Shown: piece by piece, positions 1 to 11,921 of the stretch | Numbering within the stretch: position 1 is the first letter of the stretch | How the letters are laid out: every line of letters starts with the position of its first letter | Assembly (NCBI GenBank): GCA_026004495.1 | Contig: BPJG01000001.1 | Span: forward strand, 432,527 to 496,526 | Origin: Candidatus Parcubacteria bacterium | GTDB taxonomy: Bacteria; Patescibacteriota; Minisyncoccia; UBA6257; HR35 | Direction of reading: 5' to 3' | Length of the DNA: 64,000 bases | Program-made: the position numbers and the translations under genes | The notes under the pieces: model-generated | Database searches by the model: none | The model's input: only the letters and a program-made list of their open reading frames with translations | What the model was told of the DNA's origin: nothing

Positions 1-840
1 TTGGCCTTGCTTTCACCTTCTTTAATAAATTTAAAAAAAGAACAAATAAGCAACCAACACATATTACCAATTCAACTTTTTATTGGTAGCTTAGTTTGCT
101 TGGGAATTATTATTAATATTTATAATTTTTATATAGTAAGGACAATTATTTTAGGATTAACCAATCCTGACCCTAAGCAAAGTATTAATATTTTTGAGAA
201 ATTAGCTCAAAGAAAATCTCAATTTTTGCCAGAAATAGCCTTGATGACTAATAGATATCTTGAATCTAATTTAGATAAAATTAATAATTTTGAAATAATA
301 AATAAATCTTTTGATATATATATTAAAGCATTTAATTTGGATAATTATGATACAAGACTTTTTAATGCTATTCAATTGAATATTTTAAGAATATTAAATG
401 CTAAAAAGATTTTAAATTTAGATTATTCTCAAGAAAAAATTATTCTTGACCAACTTTTTGAAAAATATCTTAAAGAATATCCCCGCCTTTTAGATATTAA
501 ATTTCAATATGTTGAATATTTAAATCTTATTGATGGGAAAGATAAAGCTTATAATTTTTTAAGATCTTTTGAGACTGAATCTTTAAATAATGTTCGTTAT
601 GCCTATATGTATTTATTTGGTCTATATAATTTTGATCAAGAAAAGGCTTATAATTATTATTTAAAGATGGTTGATTTGAATTATAAACCTAGAAACCAGT
701 CAGATTATTTAATCGCCTTGAGGGTAGTAAAAAATAAAAATAAAGATTTATTCGAAAATTTAAGAAAAGAATATTTAGAAAATTTTAATAATCCAAAAGA
801 TATTCAATTTCTTAATTCACAATTAAAACTTGACAAATAA
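1..840 (+). CDS. Hypothetical protein, 5'-partial (continues upstream of the window). Low-complexity N/K/L-rich, possibly helical-repeat (TPR-like).
   Basis: Open frame from position 1 to a TAA at 838-840. No recognisable catalytic motif. The 'start' at position 1 is only the window edge. Confidence 0.35.
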   Translation: MALLSPSLINLKKEQISNQHILPIQLFIGSLVCLGIIINIYNFYIVRTIILGLTNPDPKQSINIFEKLAQRKSQFLPEIALMTNRYLESNLDKINNFEIINKSFDIYIKAFNLDNYDTRLFNAIQLNILRILNAKKILNLDYSQEKIILDQLFEKYLKEYPRLLDIKFQYVEYLNLIDGKDKAYNFLRSFETESLNNVRYAYMYLFGLYNFDQEKAYNYYLKMVDLNYKPRNQSDYLIALRVVKNKNKDLFENLRKEYLENFNNPKDIQFLNSQLKLDK

Positions 841-952
841 TTAATTTAAATTTATAATTTAATTGAATTCTTAAACCATATTTTTTATTTTAAGATTAAT
901 GAAATTTTAACTATTTATTTTATTTATCAAAGACTTTTTATAAAAGTCTAAT

Positions 953-3900
953 ATGTTTTTTACTAAAAAAAATTTTTCAAAATCTGTTTTTATAGAGCCA
1001 GAAAATCTTATTTCTTTTCAAAAAGAAAGATATAATCAATTTATTAATTTTGGAATTAAAAAAATTTTTAAAGAATTTTTTCCTATTTCAGATTATTCGG
1101 AAAAAGAATTAAAATTAGAATTTATTGATTGTTATTTAGGTCAACCAAAAATTTCAGAAGAAGAAGCAAAAGAAAAAGGTTGGACATATTCAGCTCCCCT
1201 AAGAGTAATTTTAAGATCTCATAATCTTATAAATAATCAAAAGGTTGATCAGGAAGTATATTTTGGAGATATTCCTCTGATTAATGATAGAGGAATATTT
1301 ATTATTAACGGTAATGAAAGAATAATAATTAATCAATTTTTAAGATCACCAGGAGTTTATTTTACTGCACTTCCTTTTGGAGAAAAAAAATTATTTGGAG
1401 CTAAAATAATTCCCCTAAGAGGAGCTTGGTTAGAATTTCAAATTGAATCAAACAATATTTTACAAGTTAGAATTGATCGCAGGAAAAAAGTATTAGCAAC
1501 TACTTTACTAAAATCATTTGGTATTTCAGAGGAAGAAATTAAAAATGAATTTAAAGACTTGGATTATTCAATAAATGTAATTAGAGATACTCTTAAAAAA
1601 GACGATTTAAAAGATAATGAAGAAGCTTTATTGTATATTCACTCTAAGTTAAGAAGTTTTGAGCCCAATACTTTCGATAACGCTTTAACATTTTTTGAGA
1701 ATTTATTTAGAAATAATCAAAAATATTCTTTATCAGAAGTTGGTAGATATCACCTTAATAGACGATTAAATTTAGATATTGATTCTTTATTGCTTCAACC
1801 TCAAGATTTAATTGCTATTGTTAAGGAGATACTAAGATTACAAGCTGACCCTGAAGCCCAGCCAGATGATATGGATGCCTTATGGAACAGAAGAATTAAG
1901 GGGATAAATGAACTTTTAGAAAATCAAACAAGAATTGCTTTAATGCGGATGATAAAAATTATTAAGGATAAGTTAAATGTTGTTGATAAATCAGATAAAA
2001 TATATCCAGGACAATTTATTTATTCTAAAATTTTTTCTAATGCTATTAATGAATTCTTCAATCTTTCTCCCCTTTCTCAGCTAGCAACGCAAGTAAATAT
2101 CTTATCTGAATTAGAACATAAAAGAAGGTTAACTGCCTCAGGCCCAGGTGGTGTCTCTAAAGAAAGAGCAGGTTTTGAAGTAAGAGATGTTCATCCTACT
2201 CATTATGGCAAAATTTGTTGCGTTCAGACACCAGAAGGAACTAATATTGGTTTAATAACTTATCAAGCTATTTATGCCAAAATTAATGATTTTGGATTTT
2301 TAGAAACACCATATTATCCTGTTAAAAATGGGAAAATAGATAAGGATAAAATAGTTTATTTAACAGCTTTAGAAGAAAAAAAATATAAAATTGCAAGTTA
2401 TACAGATAAAATTGATAAAAATGGTCAACTTTTAGATGAATTAGTTGAGGGTAGAATTTATGGGGAGCCTACAGTTATCCCAAGAGAGGAAGTGGAATTT
2501 ATTGATATTTCTCCTAATCAAATATTTTCAGTTGCTACCAATCTTATACCTTTCCTTAATCACGATGACGCTAATCGTGCTCAAATGGGCTCTAATATGC
2601 AAAAACAAGCTGTTCATTTAATAAATCCTCAGCCCCCTATTGTTAGTACTGGAATTGAAGAAATAGTAGCTAAAAATAGTGGTTACTTGATTTATGCTGA
2701 AGCAGACGGAGATATTGTTGAAGTTGATGCTAGCCATTTAGTTGTTAATTATAAAATAAAAAATAAAACTGAAAAAAAATGTTATTATTTAAAAAAATAC
2801 GCAAAAACAAATGATTTTACATTTATTAATCAAAAACCAGTTGTTAAGAAAGCTCAAAAAGTTAAAAAAGGAGATTTATTAGTAGATGTTTCAGGCACTA
2901 AAAATGGCATTTTATCTCTAGGTGCTAATATTTTAGTAGCCTTTTTGAGTTTTAAGGGTTACAATTTCGAAGATGCAATTATAGTTTCTGAAAGATTACT
3001 AAAAGAAGATACCCTTACTTCTATTTCAATTGAAGAATTTTCTATTGATGTTAGAGAAACAAAGTTAGGCATTGAAGAAACAACTAGTGATATTCCTGGG
3101 GTTCCAGATGGAAAGTTAAGAAATTTGGATGAAGAAGGGATTGTAAGATTAGGAGCTAAAGTTAAGGCAGGAGATATTTTAGTAGGTAAAATTACCCCTA
3201 AGAAGGATATAGAATTAACACCTGAAGAGAAATTATTAAAGGCTATATTTGGAGAAAAAGTTCAAGAAGTTAAAGATACTTCTCTTTATTTAGAACCAGG
3301 AAAATCTGGTAGGGTAACAAAAATTAAAATTTTAGAAAGAAGTAAAGGTGAATTATTTGATCCCGGAGTAATTAAAAGAATTTATGTTGAAATTTCAAAG
3401 TTAAAGAAACTTCAAGTTGGTGATAAATTAGCTAATCGTCATGGCAATAAGGGCGTTATTTCTATTATCTTGCCAGAAGAAGATATGCCATTCTTACCCG
3501 ATGGTAGACCGATAGATATTGTCTTAAATCCCTTAGGTATAGTTTCAAGAATGAATTTAGGTCAAGTTTTAGAGATGCATTTAGGCTATGCAGCTTATAA
3601 ATTAGGTTATCGAGCTATAGTTCCTGGAATATCTGATTTATCTGAAGAAGAAATAAAGGCTGAATTAAGAAAAGCTAATTTACCAGAAGATGGTAAGGTA
3701 ACTTTATATGATGGAGAAACTGGCGAACCATTTAAAGAAAAAATATCAGTTGGAATAATGTATATTATGAAATTAGTTCATATGGCTGAAGATAAAATAC
3801 ACGCTCGATCAATTGGTCCTTATTCTCTTATTACTCAGCAACCATTAGGAGGAAAAGCTCAATTTGGTGGACAAAGGTTGGGAGAAATGGAAATCTGGGC

Positions 3901-4171
3901 TTTGGAGGCATATGGTGCAGTTAATACACTTCAAGAAATGTTAACAATTAAATCTGATGATGTTATCGGTAGAGGACAAACTTATGCTAAGATAATTAAA
4001 GGTGAACCCATTAAGCCACCTAGCATTCCAACAGCATTTAATTTATTAATTAAAGAATTAAATAGCCTGGGATTGAGTATTGAAATTAAATATTTTGATA
4101 AAAAATCTAAACAACAGGAATTAATTCCCGAAGAATCAGAAGAAAAAATTAATATTACCAAAGAAGAATAA
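953..4171 (+). CDS. rpoB: DNA-directed RNA polymerase subunit beta (short form, 1072 aa)
   Basis: Conserved RpoB blocks are present: '[39 protein letters not shown]', '[25 protein letters not shown]', '[11 protein letters not shown]', '[54 protein letters not shown]'. It is followed immediately by rpoC. Confidence 0.97.
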   Translation: MFFTKKNFSKSVFIEPENLISFQKERYNQFINFGIKKIFKEFFPISDYSEKELKLEFIDCYLGQPKISEEEAKEKGWTYSAPLRVILRSHNLINNQKVDQEVYFGDIPLINDRGIFIINGNERIIINQFLRSPGVYFTALPFGEKKLFGAKIIPLRGAWLEFQIESNNILQVRIDRRKKVLATTLLKSFGISEEEIKNEFKDLDYSINVIRDTLKKDDLKDNEEALLYIHSKLRSFEPNTFDNALTFFENLFRNNQKYSLSEVGRYHLNRRLNLDIDSLLLQPQDLIAIVKEILRLQADPEAQPDDMDALWNRRIKGINELLENQTRIALMRMIKIIKDKLNVVDKSDKIYPGQFIYSKIFSNAINEFFNLSPLSQLATQVNILSELEHKRRLTASGPGGVSKERAGFEVRDVHPTHYGKICCVQTPEGTNIGLITYQAIYAKINDFGFLETPYYPVKNGKIDKDKIVYLTALEEKKYKIASYTDKIDKNGQLLDELVEGRIYGEPTVIPREEVEFIDISPNQIFSVATNLIPFLNHDDANRAQMGSNMQKQAVHLINPQPPIVSTGIEEIVAKNSGYLIYAEADGDIVEVDASHLVVNYKIKNKTEKKCYYLKKYAKTNDFTFINQKPVVKKAQKVKKGDLLVDVSGTKNGILSLGANILVAFLSFKGYNFEDAIIVSERLLKEDTLTSISIEEFSIDVRETKLGIEETTSDIPGVPDGKLRNLDEEGIVRLGAKVKAGDILVGKITPKKDIELTPEEKLLKAIFGEKVQEVKDTSLYLEPGKSGRVTKIKILERSKGELFDPGVIKRIYVEISKLKKLQVGDKLANRHGNKGVISIILPEEDMPFLPDGRPIDIVLNPLGIVSRMNLGQVLEMHLGYAAYKLGYRAIVPGISDLSEEEIKAELRKANLPEDGKVTLYDGETGEPFKEKISVGIMYIMKLVHMAEDKIHARSIGPYSLITQQPLGGKAQFGGQRLGEMEIWALEAYGAVNTLQEMLTIKSDDVIGRGQTYAKIIKGEPIKPPSIPTAFNLLIKELNSLGLSIEIKYFDKKSKQQELIPEESEEKINITKEE

Positions 4172-4173
4172 AA

Positions 4174-7100
4174 ATGTATATTTCAAACCCTGAAGATATA
4201 AAATCAATTTTAATTAGATTATCTTCACCTGATGATATTTTAAAAAATTCAAATGGTGAAGTTGTTAAGCCAGAAACTATTAATTATCGAACAGGTAAAC
4301 CTTATAGAGAAGGACTTTTTTCAGAAATTATTTTTGGCCCTCTTAAAGATTTTGAATGTTCCTGTGGAAAATATAAAGGTCAACAATTTGCTGGCTTAAA
4401 ATGTGATCGTTGCGGAGTTGATGTTGTTCGCTCAAATGTAAGAAGAGAAAGAATGGGACATATTACCTTGGCTACACCTATTTGCCATATATGGTTTTTA
4501 AAAATATATCCCTATCCTATTTCTTTAATTTTAGATATACCCAATTTTCAATTAGAAAAAGTTATCTATTATTCAGCCTATATCATAACTAAAGTTAATG
4601 AAGATGAAAAAAATAAGTTATTAAAAAATATTGAAGCTGAGTACAAAGAGAAAATTAAAGATGCTAATAAGAATAAGAAAGAAATTAAGGAAATATTTGA
4701 GAAGATAAAAGAAGAAATAAATAATATAAAGGTTAAAAGAGTTATTTCAGATGTAGAATATTATATTTATTCTAAAAAGTACCCTAATATTTTTGAAGTA
4801 GGAATGGGTGCTGATGTTATTAGAAGATTCTTGGAGGATTTAGATTTAGAAGAGGAATATAAACGAACATTAGAAAACTTTAAAAAAGCTAAAAATATTG
4901 AAAAAAAGAGAATATCTCTTAAACTTAAAATTTTAAAATCTTTTATTAAGAATAACATCAGGCCGGAATGGATGATGTTAACAATTCTTCCAGTTATTCC
5001 TGCAGACTTAAGACCTATCGTTACTTTAGAGGGTGGCAAATTGGTTTCTTCTGACTTAAATGATTTGTATCGTCGAATAATAAATAGAAATAATAGACTT
5101 AAGAGGTTATATGAAATAAAGGCACCAGAAATAATTATTCGTAATGAAAAAAGAATGCTTCAGGAAGCAGTCGATGCTTTATTAGATAATTCCCTAAGAA
5201 AAGAAAAATTATCGCTTTCTCAAAGAAAAGTTTTGAAATCTTTAGCAGATATGTTAAGGGGAAAACAAGGAAGATTTAGACAAAATTTACTGGGTAAAAG
5301 AGTTGACTATTCTGGTCGAGGAGTAATTGTGATTGATCCCAATTTAGCAATTGATGAATTTGGTTTACCTAAAAAAATTGCCCTAGAAATTTTCAAGCCT
5401 TTTATAATTTATGAATTATTATCTAAAGATATTGCTGTTACTATAAAACAAGCTATTTATTTAATTGAAAGTGAAGATCCGGAAGCTATTCAAGTTTTAA
5501 ATAATATTATTAAAAATAAATATTGCTTACTAAACAGGGCTCCTACTCTTCACCGATTAGGTATTCAAGCATTTAAGCCTATTTTAGTTGAAGGAATGAC
5601 AATTAAAATCCCACCATTAGTATGTACTGCCTTTAATGCCGACTTTGATGGTGATCAAATGGCGGTATTTTTACCACTTAGCGAAGAAGCTCAAAAAGAG
5701 GCAGAAGAATTAATTTTAGCTTCAAAAAATAATCTTAAACCAGGGGTTGGAGAAATTATTACTAATCCAACTAAAGATATTATTTTAGGTATTTACTACT
5801 TAACTCAATTATTGCCTAATAAGAAAGGTGAAGGTACAATTGTTTATAACGAAAGGGAAGCTAAGTACTTATATTTTAATAATTTAATAGATCTTCAGGC
5901 AGAAATAATTGTTAAAATGTGTAAAAATGAATCAAATATTAAAACTACTGTTGGAAGATTAATTTTTAATGAAATTTTACCAGAAGATTATCCCTTTATT
6001 AATCAAGTTTTAACAAAAAAGGTTTTGAGTAATATAATAGAAGACATTTATGATAAATATGGTAACAATAAAATCGTTGTTTTATTAGAGAATATAAAGA
6101 AATTAGGATTTTACTATGCTACTTATTCAGGTATTTCATGGTCATACGATGATTTAAAAATTAATTCTAATAAATATGAAATTATTAAAAAAAGTTACGA
6201 TAGAGAAAAAGAAATAATTGAAGCTTATGAATCAGGATTGCTAAATAATGAAGAAAAAAAATCAAGAATAATTAGTTTATGGCTTGAAACATCTAATCAA
6301 ATAAATAATGATTTAAGAAAATTTTTAAATGATGAAAATAACCCCAAAAGAATGATTGATTCGGGAGCAAGGGGATCTTATACTCAATTAGGTCAGATGG
6401 CGGGAATGAAAGGATTGGTAGAAAATCCTAAGGGAGAAATTATTGATCTTCCTATCATTCATTCTTATAAAGAAGGTTTGTCACCCCTTGAATATTTTAT
6501 TAGTACTCACGGAGCTCGAAAAGGTGCCTCTGATACTGCTCTTAAAACAGCTAGGGCAGGTTATCTTACAAGAAGAATGGTAGATGTTGCCCATGATTTA
6601 ATTACTATTGAAGAAGATTGTGGCGATGAAGAAGGTATTGTTTTAACCAAAGAAGAAGCAGAAGAAGTAGGAGAAACTTTAGCTACCAGAATATTCTCTC
6701 GTGTTTCATTGGAAACTATTTTTGATAAAGATGGGAATGTAATAATTAATAAGGGAGATTATATTGATAGAAAATTATCTGAATTAATTGCTAAAAATGT
6801 AGATAAGATTATAGTGAGATCACCATTTACTTGTAAATCTTTGTTTGGTATTTGTAGTAAATGCTATGGTTTTGATTTAGCCTATAATAAACCTGTTAAA
6901 TTAGGAACTCCAGTAGGAATTATAGCAGCTCAATCAATAGGTGAACCAGCTACCCAGCTGACAATGAGAACCTTTCATGTTGGTGGAGTAGCTGGAGCCG
7001 GTGATATAACTCAAGGAGTGCCCAGAGCTGAAGAAATTTTAGAAGCAAGAAAACCTAAAAATTATAGTGTTCTTTCACCTATTAATGGTAAAATAGTTGG

Positions 7101-7719
7101 AATAGAAAAATCTAGTCGTTATTGGAAAATTACTATTAAAGGTATACATCAAAAAAAAATTATTATTCATGTTCCTTTGTCATTAACCCTTAATATTAAA
7201 TTAGGTGAAAGAGTTAAGAAAGGTCAAGCTCTTAATGAAGGAGTTAAAGATCCTAAAGAAATTTATGTCTATCATGGAAAAATGGCAGCATTTAAATATA
7301 TTATTAATGAAATAAAAAAAGTTTACAATTTCCAAGGCGCTGAAGTTCATGATAAACATTTAGAAATAATCATTAGAAAAATGTTTTCTAGAGTAAAAAT
7401 CAAAGAAGTCGGAGATAGTGATTTTGTTTATGGCGATATAGTTGAAAAAGATATCTTTTTATTAAAAAATAAAAAATTAAAAATGGAAAATAAAAAACCT
7501 GCTAAAGGAATTTTACTTTTATTAGGTATAACTAAAACAGCTTTAACTAGTGAAAGCTTTTTATCTTCTGCCTCTTTCCAGGAAACCGCAAGAGTGTTAA
7601 CACGAAGCGCTTTAGAATCAAAAGAAGATTATTTGAGAGGTTTGAAAGAGAATATTATTTTAGGAAGAAAGCCATTTATAGGTAATAATTTTAGAAAAAT
7701 AGAAATTAATATTGACTAA
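4174..7719 (+). CDS. rpoC: DNA-directed RNA polymerase subunit beta'
   Basis: Zn-binding '[23 protein letters not shown]'; catalytic '[11 protein letters not shown]'; '[13 protein letters not shown]'; a trigger-loop/C-terminal block '[11 protein letters not shown] ... [19 protein letters not shown]'. It lies 3 nt after the rpoB stop. Confidence 0.97.
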   Translation: MYISNPEDIKSILIRLSSPDDILKNSNGEVVKPETINYRTGKPYREGLFSEIIFGPLKDFECSCGKYKGQQFAGLKCDRCGVDVVRSNVRRERMGHITLATPICHIWFLKIYPYPISLILDIPNFQLEKVIYYSAYIITKVNEDEKNKLLKNIEAEYKEKIKDANKNKKEIKEIFEKIKEEINNIKVKRVISDVEYYIYSKKYPNIFEVGMGADVIRRFLEDLDLEEEYKRTLENFKKAKNIEKKRISLKLKILKSFIKNNIRPEWMMLTILPVIPADLRPIVTLEGGKLVSSDLNDLYRRIINRNNRLKRLYEIKAPEIIIRNEKRMLQEAVDALLDNSLRKEKLSLSQRKVLKSLADMLRGKQGRFRQNLLGKRVDYSGRGVIVIDPNLAIDEFGLPKKIALEIFKPFIIYELLSKDIAVTIKQAIYLIESEDPEAIQVLNNIIKNKYCLLNRAPTLHRLGIQAFKPILVEGMTIKIPPLVCTAFNADFDGDQMAVFLPLSEEAQKEAEELILASKNNLKPGVGEIITNPTKDIILGIYYLTQLLPNKKGEGTIVYNEREAKYLYFNNLIDLQAEIIVKMCKNESNIKTTVGRLIFNEILPEDYPFINQVLTKKVLSNIIEDIYDKYGNNKIVVLLENIKKLGFYYATYSGISWSYDDLKINSNKYEIIKKSYDREKEIIEAYESGLLNNEEKKSRIISLWLETSNQINNDLRKFLNDENNPKRMIDSGARGSYTQLGQMAGMKGLVENPKGEIIDLPIIHSYKEGLSPLEYFISTHGARKGASDTALKTARAGYLTRRMVDVAHDLITIEEDCGDEEGIVLTKEEAEEVGETLATRIFSRVSLETIFDKDGNVIINKGDYIDRKLSELIAKNVDKIIVRSPFTCKSLFGICSKCYGFDLAYNKPVKLGTPVGIIAAQSIGEPATQLTMRTFHVGGVAGAGDITQGVPRAEEILEARKPKNYSVLSPINGKIVGIEKSSRYWKITIKGIHQKKIIIHVPLSLTLNIKLGERVKKGQALNEGVKDPKEIYVYHGKMAAFKYIINEIKKVYNFQGAEVHDKHLEIIIRKMFSRVKIKEVGDSDFVYGDIVEKDIFLLKNKKLKMENKKPAKGILLLLGITKTALTSESFLSSASFQETARVLTRSALESKEDYLRGLKENIILGRKPFIGNNFRKIEINID

Positions 7720-7822
7720 TTAATTAAAATTTTTTAAAATTATATTTATATAAGATATTTTTTAAAACTTCATCTTAAAGACAACTAAGGTCGTTTTTAA
7801 TTATTTTCTTTAAAAATATAAA

Positions 7823-9019
7823 ATGGCAGCTAAATTTGAAAGAACAAAACCACATTTAAACGTAGGAACAATAGGTCATATCGATCATGGTAAGACAACC
7901 CTTACAGCAGCAATTCAACATGTTTTAAAGCTAAAGGGTTTATTAGAAAAAGCAGAATCAGTCGATGAAATTGATAATGCTCCCGAAGAAAAAGCTAGAG
8001 GAATTACTATTAATATTCATCATTCTGAATATGAAACCGATAAAAGGCATTATGCTCATATTGATTGTCCAGGCCATGCTGATTATATTAAAAATATGAT
8101 TATCGGAGCTGCTCAAATGGATGGAGCAATTTTAGTTGTTGCTGCTAACGATGGAGTTATGGCTCAGACAAAGGAACACATACTTTTAGCTCGACAAGTT
8201 AATGTTCCAGCAATAGTTGTTTTTTTAAATAAAGTTGATATGGTGCCTGATAAAGAATTAATTGATTTAGCAGAAGAGGATGTAAGAAATGAGCTAAAAA
8301 AATATGGATTTCCTGGAGATGAAATACCTGTAATCAGAGGTTCAGCTCTTAAAGCTCTAGAAGCTAATTCAATCGATGATCCTTGGACAAAATCTATATT
8401 AGAACTATTAGATGCTTTAGATACTTATATTCCTGAACCAATAAGGGAGGTTAATAAACCATTTATTTTGCCCATTGAAGATGTTTTTTCAATCGCTGGA
8501 AGAGGAACGGTTGTTACTGGTAGAGTCGAAAGAGGTATTTTAAAAATTAATGAAGAAGTAGAGATAGTAGGTTTAAGAGATAAACCATTGAAAACAGTTG
8601 TAACTGGAATTGAAATGTTTCATAAACAATTAGATGAAGCACATCCAGGTGATAATGTTGGTATTCTTCTAAGGGGTGTAGATAAGAATGAAGTAGAAAG
8701 AGGTATGGTAATTGCTAAACCTGGTTCTATTACTCCTCATACAGAATTTGAAGCAGAAGTTTATGTTTTAACACCTGAAGAGGGTGGTAGGCATACTCCG
8801 TTTCATAGTGGCTATAAGCCTCAATTTTATTTTAGAACAACTGATGTAACTGGTGAAATTTCTTTATCCGAAGGAATTGAAGCAGTAATACCTGGAGATA
8901 ATGCTAATCTTAGGGTAAAACTTTTATATCCTATTGCTCTTGAAGAAGGTTTAAGATTTGCTATTCGTGAAGGTGGAAGAACAGTAGGTGCGGGTGTAGT
9001 AACAAAAATAATTAAATAG
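7823..9019 (+). CDS. tuf: Translation elongation factor Tu
   Basis: G1 motif '[13 protein letters not shown]'; '[13 protein letters not shown]'; 'NKVD' (G4). Length 398 aa, with the complete EF-Tu domain 2/3 blocks. Confidence 0.97.
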   Translation: MAAKFERTKPHLNVGTIGHIDHGKTTLTAAIQHVLKLKGLLEKAESVDEIDNAPEEKARGITINIHHSEYETDKRHYAHIDCPGHADYIKNMIIGAAQMDGAILVVAANDGVMAQTKEHILLARQVNVPAIVVFLNKVDMVPDKELIDLAEEDVRNELKKYGFPGDEIPVIRGSALKALEANSIDDPWTKSILELLDALDTYIPEPIREVNKPFILPIEDVFSIAGRGTVVTGRVERGILKINEEVEIVGLRDKPLKTVVTGIEMFHKQLDEAHPGDNVGILLRGVDKNEVERGMVIAKPGSITPHTEFEAEVYVLTPEEGGRHTPFHSGYKPQFYFRTTDVTGEISLSEGIEAVIPGDNANLRVKLLYPIALEEGLRFAIREGGRTVGAGVVTKIIK

Positions 9020-9086
9020 CAAACTTTAGTTCAATATTCTTAAATAAATAACTAAACATATTGAAATTATTAAATATTATATTTTA

Positions 9087-9416
9087 ATGATGGTTAATAA
9101 ACAAAAAGTAGAGCAGAAATTAAGAATCAGATTAAAATCTTATGATCATAAATTAATAGAAAAATATTCTCGTCAATTAGTTGATGCTTTAATTAAAGAA
9201 GGAATGCAAATCAAAGGGCCTGTACCTTTGCCTACAGAAATAAAAAAATATACGGTTAATAGATCTCCTTTTATTTATAAAGATTCTCGTGAACAATTTG
9301 AGTTAAGAATTCATAAAAGATTAATTGATGTTCTTAACCCTACCCAAAGAGTAGTTGAGTTATTTTCTTATTTAGATCTTCCTGCTGGTGTTGAAATAGA
9401 GTTAAAAATGATTTAA
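9087..9416 (+). CDS. rpsJ: 30S ribosomal protein S10
   Basis: 'KLRIRLKSYDHKLIEKYSRQLVDA ... KGPVPLPTEIKKYTVNRSPFIYKDSREQFELRIHKRLIDV' matches the S10 family. It occupies the canonical position after tuf. Confidence 0.9.
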   Translation: MMVNKQKVEQKLRIRLKSYDHKLIEKYSRQLVDALIKEGMQIKGPVPLPTEIKKYTVNRSPFIYKDSREQFELRIHKRLIDVLNPTQRVVELFSYLDLPAGVEIELKMI

Positions 9417-9466
9417 TTCAATAACTAATTCTTAGTAATTTAATTTAAATTTTGGTAAATTTTAAA

Positions 9467-10069
9467 ATGATAAAATTTATATTAGGCAAAAAATTAAGTA
9501 TGATAACCTATTTTAAAGATTATAAAGCATTGCCGGCAACTGTAATTTCAGTTATGAAATGTAAGATAAAAAATATATTAACAGAAGATAAAGAAGGCTA
9601 TAATGCAATTAAATTAGAATGTTATGATGAGAGAGGTAAAAAATATTTGAAAGAATTTAGAATTCCTAAAGACTTGATAGGTAATTTTAAAGTAGATGAT
9701 TCTATAGATATTAATATATTTGAAAATTCTGATAAATTAAGTGTTACAGGTATCTCAAAGGGTAAAGGCTTTCAAGGGGTGGTAAAAAGGTGGGGATTCA
9801 GAGATGCTCCACGAACACATGGGCAAACTACTAAATATCGTCATCCTGGATCAATTGGCCCTACTACCCCACAAAGAGTAAGAAAAGGATTAAAAATGGC
9901 AGGTAGAATGGGGAATCAAAGGGTAGTAGTTAAAAACTTAGAGGTTTTAGATATAGATAAAGAAAATAATTTGTTAATAGTTAAAGGTTCAGTGCCTGGA
10001 AACCGAAAGAGTGTATTAGAAATAAGAAATAAAGAATTAACAAGAAAGGGTAAATTGGTAAAAAAATAA
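9467..10069 (+). CDS. rplC: 50S ribosomal protein L3
   Basis: 'MIKFILGKKLSMITYF' N-terminus; 'GKGFQGVVKRWGF'; 'GSIGPTTPQRVRKGLKMAGRMG'. The ORF track starts at TTG 9452; the ATG at 9467 gives the canonical L3 N-terminus. Confidence 0.9.
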   Translation: MIKFILGKKLSMITYFKDYKALPATVISVMKCKIKNILTEDKEGYNAIKLECYDERGKKYLKEFRIPKDLIGNFKVDDSIDINIFENSDKLSVTGISKGKGFQGVVKRWGFRDAPRTHGQTTKYRHPGSIGPTTPQRVRKGLKMAGRMGNQRVVVKNLEVLDIDKENNLLIVKGSVPGNRKSVLEIRNKELTRKGKLVKK

Positions 10070-10072
10070 AAA

Positions 10073-10720
10073 ATGAATCTTAAGGTATATAATCAACAAG
10101 GTCAAGAAATAGACGAAATTGAAGTAAATGGTATTTTTGATAGTTTAAAATTTAATCCAGACTTAGTTCATCAGGTTATGCGTTGGCAGATTTTGAATAA
10201 TTATTATCCTTGGGCACATACTAAAACAAGAGCTGAAGTAAGCGGAGGCGGTAGAAAGCCTTGGCGCCAAAAAGGAACAGGAAGAGCCAGGCATGGATCA
10301 ATAAGATCACCAATCTGGCGTGGGGGAGGAATATCCTTTGGGCCAAGAAAAGATAAAATTAGAGCTATTAGGATTAATAAAAAAATGAAACGAAAAGCAA
10401 TCTTAATGGTTTTAGCAGAAAAAATGAGAAGAGATTATGTTAAGGTTTTAGATACATTAATTCCTTCTAAATTTAAAACAAAAATAATGGATAAAATATT
10501 AAGTAATTTCTTAGAAAAAAGAAGGACAAAAAAGAAAAGAGAATCAGCTCTAATTGTAATTCCTGACAATAATAAAGATTTAATTAGGAGTATTAGAAAC
10601 TTATCTTATGCTGATGCTATTGAAGCCAGAAATTTAAATATTCTTTCCTTACTTAATCATAAATATATTTTTTTAGAACCTAAAAGTTTGGAAGTAATTA
10701 AAGAAACATTTATAAAATAA
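10073..10720 (+). CDS. rplD: 50S ribosomal protein L4
   Basis: 'GGGRKPWRQKGTGRARHGSIRSPIWRGGGISFGP' is the L4 signature. It sits immediately downstream of rplC. Confidence 0.93.
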   Translation: MNLKVYNQQGQEIDEIEVNGIFDSLKFNPDLVHQVMRWQILNNYYPWAHTKTRAEVSGGGRKPWRQKGTGRARHGSIRSPIWRGGGISFGPRKDKIRAIRINKKMKRKAILMVLAEKMRRDYVKVLDTLIPSKFKTKIMDKILSNFLEKRRTKKKRESALIVIPDNNKDLIRSIRNLSYADAIEARNLNILSLLNHKYIFLEPKSLEVIKETFIK

Positions 10721-10724
10721 AAAA

Positions 10725-11144
10725 ATGCCAATAAAGTGGTTTAAAAAGAAGGACAAAGAAGAAAAAGGAGATAAAGAGAGAATAAATCAGCAATCCTCTT
10801 CTTCAATTTCAAAAACTAACAAAAACAAAGAAAACTTAGATTTATCAAAGTCTAATATATTTATTCAAAAAAATTTTGAAATTTTACCAATAATAAGCGA
10901 AAAATCACGACAATTAGTTAATCAAGAAAATACCTATGTTTTTAAAATAAGGCCTACTAATATCAATAAAGTTGAAATTAAAAAAGCAATTGAAAATATC
11001 TTTAAAGTTAAAGTTTTAAAAGTCAGAACTTTTAATTATAAAAAAAGAATTAGAGGTAGAACAAAAGTTCCATCAGTTAGATATAATTTTAAAAAAGCAT
11101 TAGTTAAATTAAAAGAAGGCCAGAAAATAGATATATTCGATTAA
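10725..11144 (+). CDS. rplW: 50S ribosomal protein L23 with an ~50-aa K/S/N-rich N-terminal extension
   Basis: The C-terminal ~90 aa, 'SEKSRQLVNQENTYVFKIRPTNINKVEIKKAIENIFKVKVLKVRTFNYKKR', is L23-like. The N-terminal 'MPIKWFKKKDKEEKGDKERINQQSSSSISKTNKNKENLDLSKSN' is low-complexity. It follows rplD as in the S10 operon. Confidence 0.85.
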   Translation: MPIKWFKKKDKEEKGDKERINQQSSSSISKTNKNKENLDLSKSNIFIQKNFEILPIISEKSRQLVNQENTYVFKIRPTNINKVEIKKAIENIFKVKVLKVRTFNYKKRIRGRTKVPSVRYNFKKALVKLKEGQKIDIFD

Positions 11145-11180
11145 ATATTAAATATAAATTTCAAATTGTAAATATTATAA

Positions 11181-11921
11181 TTATTTAGTTCTAAAGCAGA
11201 TAGTTAATCCCTCATCATCACCAGTGCAATTTCCTAAGCAAATATCAATTCTTCTACTCATTGAATTATCGGGATCTCCAAAACAATTAGTAGGATTTCT
11301 GTAAAAACCTACATTTTGATAGACTTGAAAATTACCAGTTCTTGTAGCACCTGGTGGTTGTGTATTATCTTTATATACTCCTGTTTTACCTAAACAAGTT
11401 GGATTATTATTCCAGCCCAACTCTTCACAAGAATAAATTGCTATTAAATCTCCTATGTCGGCATATAATCTACTTAATGTAAATTGACCTTCGAAGGGAA
11501 TACTATTTTGTCTTCCTTCATCAAATATAACTCTTTCACTTTTAGGGTCAAATAGTATTCGTGAATATTCATAATATGAATCTAATAGACTTATAGCAAT
11601 TAAATTTGTTTTGGTTCCAAAATTTAATATTCTAAAAATGTTTTTAGTTATAGTAGCTAAGTAATTTCCAGTAGGTTTAAATTCTATCATAGGTAAACCA
11701 AATGAACTATTATTACTACAAGAATAATTACCATAACAATCATTAGTATAATTTGAAAGACCAATAATTAATTCACGTTCATAACCAGGTGTAGAGGTTA
11801 AATTGTAATAAAATTTAAAACCACGATTATCTGTTTTAAAAACAGTTATTCTATTTTGAGCCAAAACAAAGCTTCCTACTATAATTAAAATAAATAATAA
11901 TATTCTAAATATTTTTATCAT
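11181..11921 (-). CDS. Secreted Cys-rich protein, paralog 3 of a tandem triplet (unknown family)
   Basis: N-terminal signal/TM segment 'ILLFILIIVGSFVLAQN'. The mature N-terminus 'VFKTDNRGFKFYYNL' is shared with the two upstream paralogs. The C-terminal Cys-rich block ends in the conserved 'GLTICFRTK'. Confidence 0.7.
   Translation of the reverse strand: MIKIFRILLFILIIVGSFVLAQNRITVFKTDNRGFKFYYNLTSTPGYERELIIGLSNYTNDCYGNYSCSNNSSFGLPMIEFKPTGNYLATITKNIFRILNFGTKTNLIAISLLDSYYEYSRILFDPKSERVIFDEGRQNSIPFEGQFTLSRLYADIGDLIAIYSCEELGWNNNPTCLGKTGVYKDNTQPPGATRTGNFQVYQNVGFYRNPTNCFGDPDNSMSRRIDICLGNCTGDDEGLTICFRTK

Noticed and set aside
4767-5039. Antisense ORFs embedded in well-supported genes: 4767-5039, 15770-15961, 18979-19221, 23940-24230, 24838-25020, 28751-28990, 30332-30523, 30736-30966, 34372-34731, 35414-35617, 39357-39569, 43773-43955, 49570-49890 and 61441-61662.
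   Set aside because: Each lies wholly inside a gene with strong motif support on the other strand. Their products are low-complexity with no motifs. Long spurious ORFs are expected on the antisense strand of AT-rich coding DNA.
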